A DNA stretch of 64,000 nucleotides. Source: Curvularia clavata. Its lineage: Eukaryota. The notes below the pieces were generated by a model. It was not told the origin of the DNA and searched no databases. It was given only the letters and a program-made list of their open reading frames with translations. Location of the stretch: NCBI GenBank assembly GCA_023920165.1, contig CP089274.1, positions 868,001 to 932,000 on the forward strand, written 5' to 3'. The position numbers were made by a program, and so were the translations under genes. Shown here piece by piece: positions 57,607-64,000 of the stretch (its first letter is position 1; each line of letters opens with the position of its first letter).

Positions 57607-59470
57607 ATGGCGCCATACAGCTCCGACCCAAGCTCGTTTCCCGATCCAATCGACCTCTCCCATTTGCTGTCACGCAGCACAAAGGCCCGCGAAGCCTCGT
57701 CCATAAAGCAATTTTACAAATACTTTCAGATTCCTGGCATTGCACAATTAGCTGGAGGTACCCGCCAATCCGTGTTACCGCTTCGGCTGCAACTGCTCAC
57801 ACCGCTTAGGCCTGCCCAACGACCACTACTTTCCTTACGACACCCTCGAGGCCAAAGTCGCACGCCCAGACCGATGGCAGCCTACACCGAACAAGCCCCT
57901 CGACCCGCCCCCCGAGGACCCTCCCTCTCCCCAAGGAGCTAAACCCGTGTCGCCACGCCCAAAGACCAAGGAGCCGCCGTCGTCACGCCTGGTTGTTCCC
58001 AAAGACTCAAACGTGCCAGATCCCCTGCGCATGATTGATCTCAAGTCAGCACTGCAATACGGCCAGGCTCAGGGATACCCGGCCCTGTACTACTTCATCC
58101 GCCAGTTCACACGCCAAAATCTGCATCCATTCGTCCCCTACAAGGACGGACCCGAAGTCCTCTTGACATGCGGTTCAACAGACGGCTTTTCCAAAACACT
58201 GACTGCCCTCAGTGATGAGTGGTCGGCAGAGCATGATCCCATCGAAGAGCGTCCTGGTTTGCTGTGCGAAACATACTGTTATATGAACGCTATTCAGACC
58301 GCCAAGCCACGAGGCTTCAACATTGTCCCTGTTGCCATTGACGATGAGGGAATGAAGGTTACTGGCCCAGGAGGTCTTCAGGATGTTCTGGACAACTGGG
58401 ATTTCGCTAGGGGCCGCCGACCGCACGTCATGTACACTGTGACGATTGGCCAGAACCCCACGTCCGGTACCCTGTCGGTCCAGCGACGCATCGACATCTA
58501 TGCGCTCTGCGTAAAGTACGACATCGTCATTGTCGAAGACGACCCATATTGGTACCTACAGTACCCGTCTTCGTTGCCTAGCGCACCCCCTGCGCAGCCC
58601 AAAAAGTCCTCAGGTTTTGAATTCTTGGACAGTTTGATTCCCTCATATCTTAGCGTCGACTACCAGGGCCGAGTAGTACGCCTTGACACCTTCTCCAAGA
58701 CGGTTGCCCCAGGATGCCGTCTTGGCTGGATCACCGCACAGCCTGCACTCATAGAACGACTCTTGCGTATTACCGAGACCTCGACACAGCAGCCCTCTGG
58801 CTTCGTGCAGTCAATGATTGCCGAGTTGCTCATGGGCCCACAGTCGTCCAAGGACCCTGGCAAGGGTGGCGCAAAAGACGGGAGTGGCTGGAAAGTTGAC
58901 GGCTGGGTCCGCTGGCTCGAAGGTCTGCGAGGCAACTATGAACGGCGCATGAAGACCATGTGTGACATACTAGATGCCGGCAAAGAGGCAGTCAAGGCTG
59001 GCCGTCGCAAGAGCCTTGCTGACGTAGCCGACGAGGAAGACGACTGGACCGTTGTCGAGAAGAAGCCCATCTTCACCTTTGTCCGCCCATTGGGTGGCAT
59101 GTTCATATGGGTGCGCTTCGATTTCTCATCACACCCGCTTGCCAGACAGGTTCCTTCCGCCCGCCTTTCCAGGGCTCTGTGGGTTCTTTGGACCACCAAG
59201 CCCTACCTCTGTCTGGTAGCCCCTGGTAGTATGTTTGCAGCCACTGAGCAGATTCGGCAAAAGGACAGCTTCAACTGTTTCCGGTTGTGCTTTGCTGCCT
59301 GTCCGGCAGAGGACGTCGAAGACATCAGCAATAGATTTGTCGATGGCGCACAGGCCTTCTGGAGGATCAAGAGCAAGAGCAGGATCGACAAGTTGTTGGA
59401 AGACGAAGATGCGACGGTAGCGGGTGTAGACCACGTCACTGGCATGGCCGTCTTGACTGGCATGTGCTGA
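57607..59470 (+). CDS. PLP-dependent class I aminotransferase (aromatic amino acid / aminoadipate, Aro8-like)
   Basis: Exon1 57607-57757, intron 57758-57809, exon2 57810-59470. LAGGLP..YFP, ALQYG, GQNPTS, IVEDDPY and PLP lysine in DTFSKTVAPGCRLGW. Confidence 0.9.
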
Positions 59471-59633
59471 TTTTTTTTCTTTTCATTTCCTGTTTCGCGA
59501 TAACGATTACTATGTTTGGGATTTCATATATACAGCAAGATTGCAGCACGGGCGTTCATATCTGAAATGAATCAATCAGAGGACATGTATCATAGTCCCT
59601 CTAAGCAACAAATTCTATACAATCGCTTTTCCA

Positions 59634-60527
59634 TCACATCAACACCTTCGCAAACGCATCCCCCAACCCCCTCTCCACTAACCACTCCTCCACCGCCCTC
59701 ATATCCCCCCTATTCACCCTCTGCCCCCTCCTTTCCCCCACACTATCCGTAATCTCACTCATATCCCCAAACACCCTGTCCACACCCGTCTCGCGCAGCC
59801 GCTCACTCACCTTCTTGTGATGCGCAGGGATATCCCCCCAGCTCTCCGTCTTGATAAACCGCATGTACTCATCTATACTCTGCGACACGCCCTCCAAACA
59901 CAGTAACCCAGGTTTCCCCGCGTACAGGAAGCCAGTTAGACTGTACGAGGGAGCAGACACCACGATGTCGTCTCGCTTAGAGCGCGTGCTGATGGATGGG
60001 AAATAGAACCAAACACGGACCAGAGGTTCAGAGCCCGCACTCTTATTGGAGTCTTTCACGGGGGAAAGGGCCTGCGAGGAAAGGAAGGACGTAGCGTTTT
60101 CACGCAGTAAATCAATGGTACCGAGGAGATCTTCGCAGTCGGCCGGAATACAACTACTCAGTTGCGCGGTATCGGCTTTGCTCATCCAACTTGGCTGCTG
60201 TACCCGCACTTTTACACTCGGAGGGTCCTCGGGCACTGCTTCTCCTTGGTACGCAAATGGCACGCTGAGTTCCAGACGCAGGGTTTTGGGATCCGAGGAC
60301 TGGTCAGAGACGTCAATGGGAAGGTCCAGGAGCGCAGAGATGCTGGGGCTGTCTTTTATGAAGGATGGGATTTGAGTGGTGGAGGTGGTGTCGCGCAGTG
60401 AAGAAAGGGCTTCTGAAGAGCTGGGGGAGAGATTGAGCTCTGAGGGGTACATGGCGAGTAAGAGGTCGAGTTGGCCGAGTTGAAGCTCGATCAGATCCGG
60501 GGGGAGGAGGTGCCAGGGTGGGGACAT
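59634..60527 (-). CDS. RWD domain + DUF1115 protein (RWDD2-like)
   Basis: ATG 60527 (MSPPWHLL); LDLLLAMYP, and VRVWFYFPSIST...GKPGLLCLEG. Confidence 0.78.
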   Translation of the reverse strand: MSPPWHLLPPDLIELQLGQLDLLLAMYPSELNLSPSSSEALSSLRDTTSTTQIPSFIKDSPSISALLDLPIDVSDQSSDPKTLRLELSVPFAYQGEAVPEDPPSVKVRVQQPSWMSKADTAQLSSCIPADCEDLLGTIDLLRENATSFLSSQALSPVKDSNKSAGSEPLVRVWFYFPSISTRSKRDDIVVSAPSYSLTGFLYAGKPGLLCLEGVSQSIDEYMRFIKTESWGDIPAHHKKVSERLRETGVDRVFGDMSEITDSVGERRGQRVNRGDMRAVEEWLVERGLGDAFAKVLM

Positions 60528-60791
60528 TGTTGGTTGGATAGTCAAAAAAAAAGAGGCTGTAGTTGGGACGATGTGATAGTGTATGGGACGAATAGTTTGC
60601 CATGTGGAATTTACAAAGGCTATGAGCGAAATCGGCGCTACTACACTCTGCAGCACACTAAGTTTTTCGGCCACTAGCCGCAAGCGTGATTCCAGTGGAA
60701 ATGCTCGTAACATGATGCTCCATTATGTTGCCTTTGTTGATCTCTTATCAAACATTATTTTTTATTCCATATATACATGATGTTGATCTAG

Positions 60792-61491
60792 CTATAATTT
60801 CTCCATGCTCCATTCCGCTGGCTCCGCCTGTTTTTGTCAGCTTCACTGTATTCTCAAATCAACTCTAGACAAGCACAATTACTCACCTGCCACATATCAA
60901 TCAACACAGTTTTCGGATCCTTGACCCGTAGTGTCGCTATGGCTGCAACATCGTTCAACCACCCTACCGTGCCGTTCCGGTTCGTCTCAAACTTGCCCCT
61001 AAGCATGTTCGGCACGTTTGGTGCATTCGTCTTTGGTGGCAGGCCCTCAGTCTGGATGTAAATGATCTCGCCATCGTCGGTCTGCAGCACATAGCGCGTG
61101 TCAGGACGTGTCTTGCCCCCGCTATCTGTCAAAAGCCAGTCGGCGCCAATGTTTAAGATTTTGCCTATGTGGTGTCAGAACGACAGTAGAATATGCCGTC
61201 ATAGGCTGTGCAAGCGACTCTGCGCCCTCTCCTTATTTGCGTAGACTTTGGATTTGGGATAATGTTTTTGGATAACTAACCAGATAATCTTGGGCCTTTA
61301 AATGTACCACCGATAATGGGGATAATGGTCCGTGATTTTCCACCAGGAATGTTGTCAATTGGGATTCCATCTGCCAGATCTGCCGACATTCGATAGAGCA
61401 ACGTCAGCTTTGGTGGTAGAGGCTCGTCTTCGGCCATGGCGAGCTGGGTCAGCGTAGCGATTGCGGTAGTCAGAGTGTAGAAGAGACGCAT
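60792..61491 (-). CDS. Secreted DUF3237 (UPF0311) protein
   Basis: Exons 61491-61281, 61164-60887 and 60827-60792. Signal-peptide-like MRLFYTLTTAIATLTQLAMA; IPIIGGTFKGPRLSGKIL..GADW...DTRYVLQTDDGEIIYI...FET....WLN. Confidence 0.8.
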
Positions 61492-62131
61492 GGTAGGAAT
61501 AGGAGAACAGCGAAGCCGGCGTCTTGTATATACACGTAGCGACTAGATGACTAGCGGAAGCGTAGCGTGAATCCAGACTGTCACGAGCATATTCCACAAC
61601 GTTTAAATACTTCTAGTCTACCCCATGTCCCAATACCTAGCTCTTAGTGCCGTGATTAGGATCCGAAAACATTGCTCAAAGGGTTAGTGTCTTTCAACCC
61701 CGCAATCGGCATGTAATTTACCCCGGTTTTTTAGATGTCATGGTTCCGGCAGATGAGGATGTGCACACTTTCGTCACGCTAAGTACGAACAACCGGGCTG
61801 TACGGCCAGTCTTACTTCGCACTAGCTGACGTCCTATACCGCAGGGCCGTTTGTTGAATATGCAGCCGCATTGTCTTGGATTGGGCACTAAAGTCGGTAA
61901 ACACAATTCTGGAAGGTACATGACTTGCATTAGTACAGTGCCATAGTACAACACTTCACAGTATCACCAAACGCACTGTCAAAACATCACTTCTGGACAC
62001 GACATTTGTTTGCAAAGAACAACCCAAAATGCCACCTCACAGAATGAACAACATGCTAGACTTACCTTGCCTCTTGGGGAAAGAACCCATAAGCATACCC
62101 ATGTATACCAAGCACGCTTTCATGATCCACC

Positions 62132-63073
62132 ATGCCCACAAATGCTACTCACAAAGACTTCCAAACCATGAAGAAACTAACCCAACGAGGCGACGCCGGC
62201 CTGCAAAACAAGGGCATCTACCTCACCAAGCACCTCGCCTCCCGAAAAGTCTACGTTGAAAAGCGCCTCACCTTCTCCGGCTACGCCCAACGCGAAATCC
62301 AAGCCATGCGCCTCTGCCCCAAACATCCCCATCTTGTCTCCATCTTCGCCTTCGACCAGCGCACTCCCAGCTCCATCTCCATCTACATGCAGCACTGCGA
62401 GCTCGGCAGCCTGGACGCACTAATCATGCGGTACAACCAGCGCAGTGCACGTCTCCAAGACGAAGGGTTCATTTTCCGCGTCTTCTGGCATCTCGCGCTC
62501 GCGGTATGCTATCTCTGGACGGGCCACGACTACACCGACACACGGCAGCGTGCGTTTCAGGGGCGATGTGCGCCGCAGCGAGGCGATTGGAATCCGATAT
62601 TGCATCGGGACATCAAGCCCGGTAATGTGTTTATGACGCGCGATACCGCGGGTTTATCCGGGGATTCTTGCGATAGATACCCCTGCATAGTGTTAGGGGA
62701 CTTTGGCTGCGTCGTCTCGGCTTCAGAAAAGCACTCTAGACATGCAGATTTGCTCGGCCAGGGCGATCCGCGCTTTCAGCCCCCGGAGCGCGGGTTCAGC
62801 ATGCAGAGTGATGTCTTTTGTGTCGGGGTCGTGCTGAATTGTCTCGCGCGCATGGCGCAGTTCCCAGAAGAGATTGACCCGCAGAGACCCCTGGGTAGAC
62901 AGTATACTGGGTCTATGCATCTAGCGCAGATGGTAAAGGATTGTTTGGCTCTGAGGCCGCAGCAGAGACCGTCGCCAATGGAGCTCCCAAAGATGGTGTT
63001 TGAGGGGTACCGGGTGTGGCGTCAGGGTAGAGGATGCAGTGGGGATCCTCTGCCAAGGTGGGCTTTTGGCTGA
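62132..63073 (+). CDS. Divergent Ser/Thr protein kinase (NimA-like core)
   Basis: KVYVEK (beta3 Lys), QREIQAM (alphaC), HPHLV, IYMQHCELGSL, ILHRDIKPGN, LGDFG, QPPE and SDVFCVG. Confidence 0.82.
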   Translation: MPTNATHKDFQTMKKLTQRGDAGLQNKGIYLTKHLASRKVYVEKRLTFSGYAQREIQAMRLCPKHPHLVSIFAFDQRTPSSISIYMQHCELGSLDALIMRYNQRSARLQDEGFIFRVFWHLALAVCYLWTGHDYTDTRQRAFQGRCAPQRGDWNPILHRDIKPGNVFMTRDTAGLSGDSCDRYPCIVLGDFGCVVSASEKHSRHADLLGQGDPRFQPPERGFSMQSDVFCVGVVLNCLARMAQFPEEIDPQRPLGRQYTGSMHLAQMVKDCLALRPQQRPSPMELPKMVFEGYRVWRQGRGCSGDPLPRWAFG

Positions 63074-64000
63074 ATTCAAGTATCCAATTAGAAATGGGAT
63101 TTAATATCGAGGTATCAACTTGTACTGCCTGCTGGTAAAATGGTTCGTGTAAAGTGCCTGGTTTCATGTGAGAAGCCACAATGCGCAGGAATGCTGAGCT
63201 AGAAATCAAGACCGATGGCCATACCTTAGACTACAGGTGCTAATCGATCGTAGCGCGATCGTGAAAGTAAATCGTTCGGGAGCAGTAACGTACGCTTCTG
63301 AAATTGGCCGGGTCGGGCCGAATAGGAATGGTACGCAGAGTCGAGGTACTTGTATTCTCACACACGCAGAAGTGTGGGGGAGGACAACAGATAGGCGAGG
63401 GGCGGATGACGAACAGCGGGGCGGCATAGATAACCGGCTGATATCGAGACTATCAATATGACTACAAGCCAACTTCAGATTATGCTGAATAGTTAGTATC
63501 AATTCGTACTTTCTCATCTCGGTGTCCCTTATCCCTACCATGACAACAGCACCAGATGAGCAGTTCATGTAAACCTGAACTTTGACTCTGATTTCATTCC
63601 ATCTATCCACGTGTTAAGCAAACAGTAGTCCAAAACATCACATATAAACAAACAAGTCATTTGGATACACTTGTTGATTGATTCTACATAGCACAAAACG
63701 AAAAAAGAAAAGATGACACTTCATAGAAAATACAATACGAGTCTCGACTGTCCCATTTTTGTTCCGACCCCCTCCGGAGCGCCATGCAAAAATCAGTCAG
63801 GAAACAAGATTATTTCAGCTTCCTCTGCTGAGGAAGGTCAAAGAAAAGAACGCCATGCCAAAAAGAACCACACTCATTCCAGCTTGAAAAAAAAACACCC
63901 CCAAAAAAAGATAATGGTTAACACCCATACACCCTAACATCCTCCAAAATCCCTATCCTCAGTCGCTTACAAGTATGCCATCCAAAGTGGATCGCACTGA

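Noticed and set aside
1..64000. Transposons, RIP-degraded AT-rich blocks, tRNA/rRNA, CRISPR arrays, TPP riboswitch
   Set aside because: No transposase/RT motifs, terminal repeats, AT isochores, tRNA or 5S signatures, repeat-spacer arrays or TPP aptamer core were seen. An Rfam/tRNAscan/RepeatMasker run would be needed to exclude degenerate copies.

Overview
Gene-dense euchromatin from a filamentous ascomycete. Evidence for this: short GT-AG introns with CTRAC branch points, and an SdhC sequence and residue numbering that fit Pleosporales/Dothideomycetes (an inference). I found about 22 protein-coding genes, mostly conserved housekeeping genes. In order: URC4/DUF1688 (truncated at the left edge), SWA2-like auxilin, a Zn(II)2Cys6 transcription factor, a WW-domain protein, YAR1, RAD9/Crb2, SDH3, a WD40 protein, ERG7, a conserved hypothetical protein, a DUF1295 protein, an atypical fungal ATP-dependent DNA ligase, an NmrA-like protein, a GH35 enzyme, SPC3, CFD1, a Q-rich hypothetical protein, an AKR7-like reductase, an LCCL membrane protein, a PLP aminotransferase, an RWD/DUF1115 protein, a secreted DUF3237 protein and a divergent kinase. 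I recognised no rRNA, tRNA, transposon, CRISPR array or convincing biosynthetic cluster, and I cannot support a multi-gene novel system. The best leads are: (1) an LCCL gene with an apparent GTG start and an overlapping out-of-frame AUG ORF; (2) an orphan BRCT-less DNA ligase with a KYDGEY motif I; (3) an unexplained 5-kb gap between two convergent genes; (4) a CBC:HapX-type motif upstream of SDH3 and Ala at SdhC position 135; (5) several spliced or uORF-containing leaders. Splice models were read by eye and family calls come from recalled motifs, not database searches.
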